Of a stretch of DNA of 64,000 bases, positions 1 through 7,694 are shown piece after piece. Source of the DNA: an uncultured Gemmatimonadaceae bacterium (lineage in GTDB: Bacteria; Gemmatimonadota; Gemmatimonadetes; Gemmatimonadales; Gemmatimonadaceae); contig CAWFQK010000002.1 of assembly GCA_963817955.1 (NCBI GenBank), positions 128,001 to 192,000 on the forward strand, given 5' to 3'. Made by a program: the position numbers and the translations under genes. Positions within the stretch are counted from its first letter, which is position 1; each line of letters begins with the position of its first letter. The notes under the pieces are model-generated. The model had not been told where the DNA came from. It did not search any database and saw nothing but the letters and a program-made list of their open reading frames with translations.

Positions 1-78
1 TTGTTTCGGCGTGACGCATCCAACGGCGAGCACGACGGCGGCAGCACCGAGGACGAAGGACCGGCGAGGGACAATCAT
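1..78 (-). CDS. 5' end of a lipoprotein (runs off window)
   Basis: Manual translation MIVPRRSFVLGAAAVVLAVGCVTPKQ; AGGAG RBS upstream; lipobox LAVGC; possible twin-arginine RRSFV. Confidence 0.7.
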   Translation of the reverse strand, partial: MIVPRRSFVLGAAAVVLAVGCVTPKQ

Positions 79-152
79 ACGTCGACTCCTGTGAAGATGT
101 GGGCGGTTCTCTCCGCAGGCGGTGGTGCAAGATCCGAGCACGAAATCACATT

Positions 153-168
153 TGTGATATTCGTCACG
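153..168. promoter_or_regulatory. CRP/FNR-family-like operator (TGTGA-N6-TCACG), overlapping an ATCACA-TT-TGTGAT palindrome
   Basis: 9/10 match to TGTGA-N6-TCACA in an AT-rich patch ~75-90 bp upstream of the lipoprotein start. Confidence 0.4.
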
Positions 169-307
169 GCGCCGAGATGGTCCGGGTCACACGGCGCGGC
201 GCGGGCCGGCTTCGTGAGCACGCTGGGATTCTGCGTGGACCAGCGTGGAATAGAAAACGCCCCGCAGTGGTCTGAAGACCACGCGGGGCGTGCGCTGTTA
301 CACACAG

Positions 308-379
308 AGCCAGCGGTCAGGATTGAACTGACGACCGCTCGATTACGAATCGAGTGCTCTACCACTGAGCTACGCTGGC
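308..379 (-). tRNA. tRNA-Thr(CGT)
   Basis: Reverse complement GCCAGCGTAGCTCAGTGGTAGAGCA..., anticodon loop TTCGTAA, T-loop GTTCAA; no encoded CCA. Confidence 0.95.
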
Positions 380-392
380 CAACGTTCAGGGA

Positions 393-474
393 TGCCCTGG
401 CGCGGACTCGAACCGCGACGCCTTGCGGCACCACCCCCTCAAGATGGCGTGTCTACCAATTTCACCACCAGGGC
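393..474 (-). tRNA. tRNA-Leu(GAG)
   Basis: GCCCTGGTGGTGAAATTGGTAGACACG..., loop TTGAGGG, long variable arm. Confidence 0.95.
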
Positions 475-564
475 CCAACCAACCACCAGCAAATTGCTAT
501 TTGATATTCGGAATAAGCCGCTATTACCGACTCTCGAATCGCGTTCACTGCCGGCTGTCCTACA

Positions 565-639
565 CGGGGACGACGGGGTTCGAACCCGCGACCTCTCGAG
601 TGACAGTCGAGTGCTCTAACCAAACTGAGCTACGTCCCC
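565..639 (-). tRNA. tRNA-Asp(GTC)
   Basis: GGGGACGTAGCTCAGTTTGGTTAGAGCA..., loop CTGTCAC. Confidence 0.95.
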
Positions 640-717
640 AACACTCCCACAAAACAACCATACTGCCCTGCATCCTGCCCAGCGAACACCCAACGCCCTA
701 CCCTGACCCGTTCACAG

Positions 718-789
718 TAGCCCGTAGGGGAATCGAACCCCTCTCTGCACCGTGAAAGGGTGCCGTCCTAACCGATAGACGAACGGGCC
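718..789 (-). tRNA. tRNA-Glu(TTC)
   Basis: GGCCCGTTCGTCTATCGGTTAGGAC..., loop CTTTCAC. Confidence 0.95.
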
Positions 790-824
790 CAGGAACCAAC
801 AATCCTAATCGATCGTGCTGCAAA

Positions 825-897
825 TAGCGGTAACGGGATTCGAACCCGTGTTTGGGCCTTGAGAGGGCCCCGTCCTAGTCCCCTAGACGATACCGCC
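825..897 (-). tRNA. tRNA-Glu(CTC)
   Basis: GGCGGTATCGTCTAGGGGACTAGGAC..., loop CTCTCAA. Confidence 0.93.
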
Positions 898-942
898 GTT
901 GGCTTGCTCCATCCTCTTTCCCCTTCCTTTGTCAAGCAGATG

Positions 943-1015
943 CAGGCCGGGAGGGACTTGAACCCCCAACCGCTGGTTTTGGAGACCAGTGCTCTACCAA
1001 TTGAGCTACCGACCT
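943..1015 (-). tRNA. tRNA-Trp(CCA)
   Basis: AGGTCGGTAGCTCAATTGGTAGAGCA..., loop CTCCAAA. Confidence 0.95.
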
Positions 1016-1032
1016 AGAATTGCAGTCGTTCA

Positions 1033-1108
1033 GGGTGACTGACGGGAATTGAACCCGCAACCCCCGGTGCCACAGACCGGTGCTCTAACCGATTGAGCTA
1101 CAGTCACC
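1033..1108 (-). tRNA. tRNA-His(GTG)
   Basis: GGTGACTGTAGCTCAATCGGTTAGAGCA..., loop CTGTGGC; encoded G-1. Confidence 0.95.
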
Positions 1109-1169
1109 ATGGACGGTACCGCGCACCTGCCGCGGAACCCTCTCTACGCCTTGCGGCGTAGAGACTTGC

Positions 1170-1198
1170 ATTTTAACCAGACGGCTCTGTCGTATCAA
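1170..1198 (-). promoter_or_regulatory. sigma70-type promoter of the tRNA operon
   Basis: TTGATA-17 bp-TAAAAT on the minus strand ~60 bp upstream of tRNA-His. Confidence 0.7.
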
Positions 1199-1225
1199 CC
1201 CGACGACCGGCGCCAATCTGCCGAG

Positions 1226-1789
1226 CTACTTCGCGCGCTCCTGATATTCGCCCGTCGCCGGATTGACCTTCACCTTGTCACCAGTGCCGACGAACTCCGG
1301 GACGTTGATCGTCACGCCGTTCTCGAGCTTCGCTGGTTTGGACGAGGCCGTCTTCGTCGCCGTCTTCATGACCGGCGCGGTGTCCACCACTTCGAGCACC
1401 AGCGAATTCGGCATCTTGATGCCCACCGGACGCCCGTCAAAGTACTCGGCCTGGATCTTCATTCCCGGCTGCATCCACTGCGCGTTGTCGCCCAGCATCT
1501 CGTCGTCCATCTCGAGCTGGTCGTAGTTCTCCGTATTCATGAAGTGGTACGTGTCACCACCCTGATACAGGAACTCGAGGTCATGTGTTTCCATCGACGC
1601 CGGATCGATGGAGTCGGCGGCGCGGAAACGATGCTCGAAGCTCGAACCGTTTCGCAGATTCTTGAGCTTCGCCTGCACCATTGCCCGCAGATTGCCGGGC
1701 GTGTGGTGGCGGAACTCGACCACGCGGCATGGCTCGCCCTCGAAGACGATGACCATTCCGCGACGGATCTGAGTTGCCGGGATTGCCAT
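1226..1789 (-). CDS. efp: translation elongation factor P
   Basis: 187 aa; EF-P motifs (HHTPGNLRAMVQAK, FLYQGGDTYHFMNTENYDQ, KPAKLENG, VPEFVGTGDKVKVN). Confidence 0.97.
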   Translation of the reverse strand: MAIPATQIRRGMVIVFEGEPCRVVEFRHHTPGNLRAMVQAKLKNLRNGSSFEHRFRAADSIDPASMETHDLEFLYQGGDTYHFMNTENYDQLEMDDEMLGDNAQWMQPGMKIQAEYFDGRPVGIKMPNSLVLEVVDTAPVMKTATKTASSKPAKLENGVTINVPEFVGTGDKVKVNPATGEYQERAK

Positions 1790-1833
1790 AAGGATCAGCC
1801 TAGTTCGTTGGTTGTAAACGCAGACAGCCTTTG

Positions 1834-1862
1834 AACTTATGCAGGATGCCTACCAACGTCAA
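1834..1862 (-). promoter_or_regulatory. putative sigma70 promoter of efp
   Basis: TTGACG-17 bp-TAAGTT on the minus strand. Confidence 0.5.
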
Positions 1863-1900
1863 GCTGGACCAGTCCCGTATCCCGTGTCCCCCGCCCCGTC

Positions 1901-2614
1901 CTACTTCCTCAACACCGGCTCCATCGCCTTCCATAGGTTGTCCGCCACGATCCGCTCGCCGGCGTAGTTCGGGTGAACCCCGTCCGCCTGGTTGAGCTCG
2001 CGATGGCCGGCGACGCCTGCCAGCAGGAACGGCAACAGCGTCACGTGCTTCTCCCTGGCTACCGTCGGGTACACGGCGTGAAAGGCGGCTGCATACTTTG
2101 GCCCGAGGTTCGGAAGCGCCTCCATCTGCACCAACAGCACGCGCACGTCGGGACGCGCCGCCTTGATCCTATCCAGCGCCGCCTCGAGGTTGCTGCGCAG
2201 CGCCGCCGGCGGAACTCCGCGTAATCCGTCGTTCGCTCCGGTCTCCAGCACCAGCACGTCGAACGTGCCCTTGAGCAGCCAATCGAGGCGGTCCAGCAGG
2301 CCCGCCGACGTCTCACCGCTCACGCCCGCGTTCACGACATCGTACCGGAACCCAGCAGAATCGAGCTTCCGCTGAATCAGCATTGGATAGGCGCTATCTG
2401 GCTCGAGGCCTAGCCCTGCGGTGAGGCTGGTGCCCACGAAGAGAATCGTCGGACGTGCCGCGCGCGCCGAGGGCCGCAACTGACTCCCTCTAGATTGCGT
2501 AGTAGCAGAGACACGGCTCGAATCGACGCTCCGCCCAGCTTGCTCTTGCTTGGCGCAGCCGGCAAGCGCGCCTGCCACGAGCAGCACGCAGACCGATGTC
2601 CATCGCACGCTCAT
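1901..2614 (-). CDS. tesA: SGNH/GDSL arylesterase-thioesterase (TesA-like) lipoprotein
   Basis: GTSLTAG, NAGVSGETS, GANDGLRG, DGVHPN motifs; lipobox LAGC; divergent from ybbA/ybbP as in E. coli. Confidence 0.88.
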   Translation of the reverse strand: MSVRWTSVCVLLVAGALAGCAKQEQAGRSVDSSRVSATTQSRGSQLRPSARAARPTILFVGTSLTAGLGLEPDSAYPMLIQRKLDSAGFRYDVVNAGVSGETSAGLLDRLDWLLKGTFDVLVLETGANDGLRGVPPAALRSNLEAALDRIKAARPDVRVLLVQMEALPNLGPKYAAAFHAVYPTVAREKHVTLLPFLLAGVAGHRELNQADGVHPNYAGERIVADNLWKAMEPVLRK

Positions 2615-2645
2615 TGTCCATCGCCCTTCGCCATTCGCCATTCGC

Positions 2646-3329
2646 ATGCTCATTGCCCGAGACTTGTCCAAGGAATATCGCAGCGGGGAGAATAGGCTCA
2701 CGGTGCTGCGCGACGTGTCGTTCAGCATTCCACAGGGCACCTTCGTCGCCATCGTCGGCCCGTCTGGCAGCGGCAAGACAACGCTGCTCGGACTGCTGGC
2801 CGGACTCGATACCCCGACGCGCGGCCAAGTGTTACTCGGCGACTCCGATCTCACGTCGATGGACGAAGACCAGCGTGCGCGGCTGCGCGGCGAACAGGTG
2901 GGGTTCGTCTTTCAGAGTTTCCAGTTGATCTCCACGCTCACCGCCCTGGAGAACGTACAGGTTCCGCTCGAGCTGCGCGGCGACCGTGGCGCCAGGGAGC
3001 GCGCGGCGGAATTGCTCGACCGCGTCGGACTTGGCGACCGCTTGCATCATTTCCCCACACAGCTCTCTGGCGGCGAACAACAGCGCGTCGCCATCGCGCG
3101 TGCCTTCGCCAACGCCCCACGCATTCTCTTCGCTGACGAACCGACCGGCAATCTCGACAGCGACACGGGCTCACACGTCATTGAATTGCTCGAGACGCTG
3201 AACCGCGAATCGAATACGACCGTCATCCTGGTGACGCACGATCCGGCGCTCGCCGCGCGGACACAGCGCATCATCCGCCTGAGCGACGGCCGCGTCATCT
3301 CCGACACCGAAACCGAGCGCGCGGCCTGA
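2646..3329 (+). CDS. ABC transporter ATP-binding protein (YbbA/LolD-like)
   Basis: Walker A GPSGSGKT, LSGGEQQRV signature, FADEPTGNLD. Confidence 0.95.
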   Translation: MLIARDLSKEYRSGENRLTVLRDVSFSIPQGTFVAIVGPSGSGKTTLLGLLAGLDTPTRGQVLLGDSDLTSMDEDQRARLRGEQVGFVFQSFQLISTLTALENVQVPLELRGDRGARERAAELLDRVGLGDRLHHFPTQLSGGEQQRVAIARAFANAPRILFADEPTGNLDSDTGSHVIELLETLNRESNTTVILVTHDPALAARTQRIIRLSDGRVISDTETERAA

Positions 3330-5917
3330 TGGCCATGCGACAGTTGTTCGATCTCGCATGGCGCGAGAGCCGCACGGCGAGACGCCGGCTTCTGCTCTAC
3401 ATGTCGTCGATATCGCTCGGCGTCGGCGCCCTCGTGGCCATCGATTCGTTCTCCGAGAACGTCATCCAGTCGGTCCACGAGCAGTCGCGGGCGCTCATGG
3501 GCGGCGACGTGATGGCGCACCGCAATGCACCGGCTACGGCGGCAGTGGACTCTCTCGTCGATTCCCTGGCGCGCAGCGGTGCGCCCTCCGCACGGTCCGT
3601 GAATTTCATGTCGATGGCGCTCATGCCGCGCACCGGAGGAACACGACTCGTGCAGGTGCACGCGGTGAGCGCCGGCTATCCATTCTATGGACAGATCGTC
3701 ACCGATCCGGCTCCGGCGTGGCGGAACCTGCAATCGGGGCACAACATTGCCGTCGATCCGTCGCTGCTCGTGTCGCTCAACGCCAACGTCGGCGATACAG
3801 TGGCGCTCGGCGTCGCGAAGTTCGTCATCAGCGGCACACTCATCAGTGTGCCGGGCGACGTCGGCATTACCGCGGCAATCGGACCGCGCGTCTATATCCC
3901 CGAGCGATTTGTCGGCGAGACCGGACTGCTCGTCTTCGGCAGCCGCGCGGAATATGAGACGTTGTTCAAGCTGCCGCCCACCATCACCGCCGACCTGTTT
4001 GTCGCCCGCTACTCGCGTCGGCTCATGCTAGGAACCACGGGGTCAGTGCGTGCAGCCGGCTACAACGAGTCGAGGCTGGCCAGCGCCATCGATCAACTGC
4101 ACGACTATCTCGCCGTCGTCGGGCTCGTCGCGTTGTTGCTCGGCGGAATCGGCGTCGCGAGCGGCGTGCATGCATTCGTCATGCGCAAGATCGACCCGGT
4201 CGCGATCCTGCGCTGCCTTGGCGCCACGAGCTGGCAGGTGCTCACCATCTACACCGTGCAGGCAGCGGTGATGGGATTCATTGGGGCGCTGGGTGGCGTG
4301 GTGCTCGGCGTCGGCATTCAGTTTCTGATGCCGTACGCATTCAAGGATTTCCTGCCGGTGGACGTCAACGTGCGACTCGCTCCGCCGGCAATTCTGTTGG
4401 GATTGGGCGTTGGCGTATGGGTCGCGCTGCTCTTCTCACTGCGTCCGCTCGTCGCACTGCGCCGCGTCTCGCCCCTCCAGGCGCTACGTCGCGAGCCGGA
4501 TGCCGACGCCCTCAAGCGGTCGCGACGCGATCCCCTGCGTCTGCTCGTCACCCTGGCCATTGTCGCGAGCGTGTTCGCGCTGGGATTGAGCCGCGCGAAC
4601 ACGTTCGCACGCGGACTGGGCTTTACCGCGGCAATAGGCGGCGCGATCGGCATTCTGTGGCTGAGCGCCGCGCTGCTCTCGTGGATTGCGAGACGCAGCC
4701 TGCGCCCATCCTGGTCGTTCCCGCTGCGTCAGGGAATTGCCAGCTTGTATCGCCCGGGCAATCAGACGCGCGCCGTGGTGCTGGCGCTCGGCTTTGGCGT
4801 GTTCCTCATTGGCACGCTGTACCAGGTGCAGCACAACATTCTTCGCTCTCTCGACGTGCGACTTGGCGAAGCCCGTTCGAACGTCGTGTTCTTCGACGTG
4901 CAGGAGAGTCAGCGCGCCGGCATCGACTCAGTCGTGCGTGCCGGGCACAACGAATTGATCGACGAGACGGCGATCGTGCCCATGCGCATCGCGTCGATCA
5001 ATGGCAAAGCGGTCAGCGACATCCTCGCCGAAGCGCAGCGCTCGCGCGGGAGCACGCGCGGTGGCCGGGGAGGGGGGGACCGCGGCCGCCGCGGCGGTCC
5101 CTGGGCATTGCGGCGGGAGTTTCGGTCGACGTATCGCGATACTCTCACTGAATCCGAGCGGCTCGTTGCCGGCACGTGGTTCACGCATCGCGCCGACGGC
5201 CTCGGGCAGGTGTCGCTCGATTCGAGTGTCGCCGGCGAGCTCGGCGTGAAACTGCGTGATACGATCACGTGGAACGTGCAGGGCGTGCTCATCCCGACCG
5301 TGGTGACGAGCCTGCGCGAGATCAAGTGGCAGAGCTTTTCGCCGAACTTCTTCGCCGTGTTCGATCCGGCCTCGCTGGCGCAGGCACCAAAGCAATTTGC
5401 CATTCTGGTCCACGCGCCGACGCCGACCGCGATCGCGCATCTGCAGCGCGACGTCGTCGCGCGTTACCCGAGCGTCTCCAGCCTTGATCTCACGTTCATA
5501 CAGCAGACCGTGACGAACGTGCTCGGCAAGGTGACAATGGCCGTGCGCTTCCTCGCCCTCATCAGCCTGGCACTGGCAATTCCGGTGCTCTTCAGCGCGG
5601 TGGCGGCGACGCGTCGTGAGCGGCTGCGCGAGGGCGTGCTACTCAAGACATTGGGCGCGACCCGACGACAGATCACCCGCATCATGCTGGCCGAGTACAC
5701 GCTGCTCGGCGCACTCGGCGCACTCACGGGTGTGCTGCTGTCGACGTTGGCCGGGTGGGCCTTGATGCACTGGATCTTCCGTTCGGCCTTCGTCCCGGCG
5801 ATCGCGCCGTCGGCGATCGTCGCATTGGCGATGATCGGTCTCGCGGTGGCCATCGGGCTGCTCACCGGGCGCGACGTGTTCGCCGAAACGCCGATGGCAG
5901 CCCTGCGGGAGAACTAG
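3329..5917 (+). CDS. ABC permease, YbbP/FtsX-MacB family
   Basis: 862 aa, duplicated MacB/FtsX architecture, TGATG coupling to the ATPase. Confidence 0.92.
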   Translation: MAMRQLFDLAWRESRTARRRLLLYMSSISLGVGALVAIDSFSENVIQSVHEQSRALMGGDVMAHRNAPATAAVDSLVDSLARSGAPSARSVNFMSMALMPRTGGTRLVQVHAVSAGYPFYGQIVTDPAPAWRNLQSGHNIAVDPSLLVSLNANVGDTVALGVAKFVISGTLISVPGDVGITAAIGPRVYIPERFVGETGLLVFGSRAEYETLFKLPPTITADLFVARYSRRLMLGTTGSVRAAGYNESRLASAIDQLHDYLAVVGLVALLLGGIGVASGVHAFVMRKIDPVAILRCLGATSWQVLTIYTVQAAVMGFIGALGGVVLGVGIQFLMPYAFKDFLPVDVNVRLAPPAILLGLGVGVWVALLFSLRPLVALRRVSPLQALRREPDADALKRSRRDPLRLLVTLAIVASVFALGLSRANTFARGLGFTAAIGGAIGILWLSAALLSWIARRSLRPSWSFPLRQGIASLYRPGNQTRAVVLALGFGVFLIGTLYQVQHNILRSLDVRLGEARSNVVFFDVQESQRAGIDSVVRAGHNELIDETAIVPMRIASINGKAVSDILAEAQRSRGSTRGGRGGGDRGRRGGPWALRREFRSTYRDTLTESERLVAGTWFTHRADGLGQVSLDSSVAGELGVKLRDTITWNVQGVLIPTVVTSLREIKWQSFSPNFFAVFDPASLAQAPKQFAILVHAPTPTAIAHLQRDVVARYPSVSSLDLTFIQQTVTNVLGKVTMAVRFLALISLALAIPVLFSAVAATRRERLREGVLLKTLGATRRQITRIMLAEYTLLGALGALTGVLLSTLAGWALMHWIFRSAFVPAIAPSAIVALAMIGLAVAIGLLTGRDVFAETPMAALREN

Positions 5918-5953
5918 CGGGAGAACTCGCGGGAGATCTCGTGCGAGAACGCG
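5906..5953. repeat. 12-bp degenerate tandem repeat (CGGGAGAACTNG) spanning the permease stop
   Basis: CGGGAGAACTAG CGGGAGAACTCG CGGGAGATCTCG TGCGAGAACGCG. Confidence 0.7.
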
Positions 5954-6069
5954 GCGGGTTTCACACCCGGCGTCTGCGCGTTTGCGGATACGCGCGCGGC
6001 GCAGGCAAGGAACAGCCCGGTCGTGAACGCAAGGAAGGCGCGCTGCAGAAACTTCTTGTCGAGATGCAT
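5914..6069 (-). CDS. small putative secreted peptide (51 aa), below the ORF-track cutoff
   Basis: MHLDKKFLQRAFLAFTTGLFLACAARVSANA|QTPGVKPAAFSHEISREFSR; n/h/c signal-peptide pattern with A-N-A site; no clear RBS. Confidence 0.45.
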   Translation of the reverse strand: MHLDKKFLQRAFLAFTTGLFLACAARVSANAQTPGVKPAAFSHEISREFSR

Positions 6070-6205
6070 TTAAGGCGGGAAACTGCGGAGACTGGAACGG
6101 AGGCGAGAAACGGTAGGAAGGGCGTCGCGTGACCGGGATCCGTATGAGAAGGACGACCAGCCGGCCGCTTTGGCAAACTACTCGGGGTCGCAGCCGTTCG
6201 CGTCG

Positions 6206-7462
6206 TTAGCGAACGAGCGGCTCGTCCACGCGCACGGGCACCGAGATGGCATAATTCTCTGTCCCGTCGCCTCGCTGGCCAGACAGGCCAAGCCCCCAGC
6301 AGTACAGATTGCCGCGTGTGGTCACGCCGCACGAGTGGCTTCCAAAGCCTGTGCTGATTTCCGTGAATTGTTCGCGGCCGAAGACTGGAAATGGCTTCGT
6401 GCTGCAGGGCAACCGCTGGTCGCCACAGCTTTCGGTGAGCAGCGACGGCGAGACGCCGAGCTGCCCGAAGCTGTCGTCGCCCCAGCAGTACGCCGCCCCA
6501 CTCGTGACAATTCCGCAGCTCTGAGCGATGCCCGAGCTCACCTGCAGGAACTCGAGATCCGTAGCGACCCGCAGCGGAGTGGTGCTGCCATCCTGCGTGC
6601 CGGTGCCCATCTGGCCCCGCGGGTTTGCTTCCCAGCAATAGGCAAAGCCCGAGCGATCTGTGCCGCAGGTGGCGAACGTGCCGACGCTCACCGAGGCCAT
6701 CGATGGCGCGCCTGGAACGAGCTGCGGCGTAGACTGCACGCGCGTGTTCTCGAGGCCATCTCGATCATCCGTCCACACCGCGCCCCAGCAGTACACCGTA
6801 CCGGTGGTCGTTCGGGCACAGGTACGCTGTTGGCCGGCACTCACCGTGGCGATCGGCGCCGCGATGGACACGCGTACGATGCCGCCACTACTCGTCAGCG
6901 TGCCGACTCCGAGCTGACCACGGTCGTTGCCCCCCCAACAGAATACCACTCCGTCGGTGCGGACGGCGCAGGTGTGCGTGGCGCCAGCGCTGATCTGTGC
7001 CCATCCCAGGGCGCCGGGTACGCGCACGAGCGTCGGTCCACCAATGGCGAAGTCGGCCACTTGGCCCTGGTCGTTGGCGCCCCAGCAGTACGCTTCACGG
7101 GACGCCGTGATCGCACAGGTGTGTCTCGCACCAGCACTGATGGCGGCGAATTGCACCCCCGGCTGCACCGCCGCGGGCCGAATGCTGCACCCGAACTTCG
7201 CGTCCCCCGTGCCGCAAGTCGTGTCGAAACGCGCCACCCCAAGCTGGCCGAATCGGTTGTCGCCCCAGCAATATGCGGCTCCGTTGGACTTGATGCCGCA
7301 TGTGTGATCGCCGCCGACGGACGCAACGGCCCAGTCGTCCTGTCCGGCGTCATCGAGCACGGCAAAGCTCCGCACGGATGTCGTAGGTTCAGTACAGGCA
7401 ACGATCGCCAGCAAGCTGACGCCGGCCCATAGCTCGCGCAGGTTCAGATGAGGACGGACCAT
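6206..7462 (-). CDS. RCC1/BLIP-II repeat beta-propeller lipoprotein
   Basis: ~7 repeats of HTC...AYCWG.N..GQLG; lipobox AIVAC. Confidence 0.9.
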   Translation of the reverse strand: MVRPHLNLRELWAGVSLLAIVACTEPTTSVRSFAVLDDAGQDDWAVASVGGDHTCGIKSNGAAYCWGDNRFGQLGVARFDTTCGTGDAKFGCSIRPAAVQPGVQFAAISAGARHTCAITASREAYCWGANDQGQVADFAIGGPTLVRVPGALGWAQISAGATHTCAVRTDGVVFCWGGNDRGQLGVGTLTSSGGIVRVSIAAPIATVSAGQQRTCARTTTGTVYCWGAVWTDDRDGLENTRVQSTPQLVPGAPSMASVSVGTFATCGTDRSGFAYCWEANPRGQMGTGTQDGSTTPLRVATDLEFLQVSSGIAQSCGIVTSGAAYCWGDDSFGQLGVSPSLLTESCGDQRLPCSTKPFPVFGREQFTEISTGFGSHSCGVTTRGNLYCWGLGLSGQRGDGTENYAISVPVRVDEPLVR

Positions 7463-7582
7463 CGTGGAACAAGTTAGCAAGAGAAAGCGATTCGCCGCCG
7501 CGCTGATCTTCGGCATTGTCCTGACAACGATCGAACTGGGAATCCTGGTCTGGATGACGAACTGCTGAGTGGGAAGGCAATA

Positions 7583-7647
7583 GAGACACGAGACACGAGA
7601 CACGAGACACGAGACACGAGACAGGGACACGGGACACGGGACACGGG
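7583..7647. repeat. heptamer tandem repeat, (GAGACAC)n then (GGGACAC)n
   Basis: ~9 consecutive 7-mers in the divergent intergenic region. Confidence 0.9.
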
Positions 7648-7694
7648 AAGCTCATTAATTCAGTCGTTTCCGACGCGGGCCGATACTGGAGTCC

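Noticed and set aside
80..310. Integrative element at the tRNA-Thr 3' end
   Set aside because: No integrase or duplicated tRNA 3' end is visible in the window; it cannot be excluded beyond the edge
1..1200. ORF-track proteins over the tRNA cluster
   Set aside because: They are shadow frames of the tRNA genes
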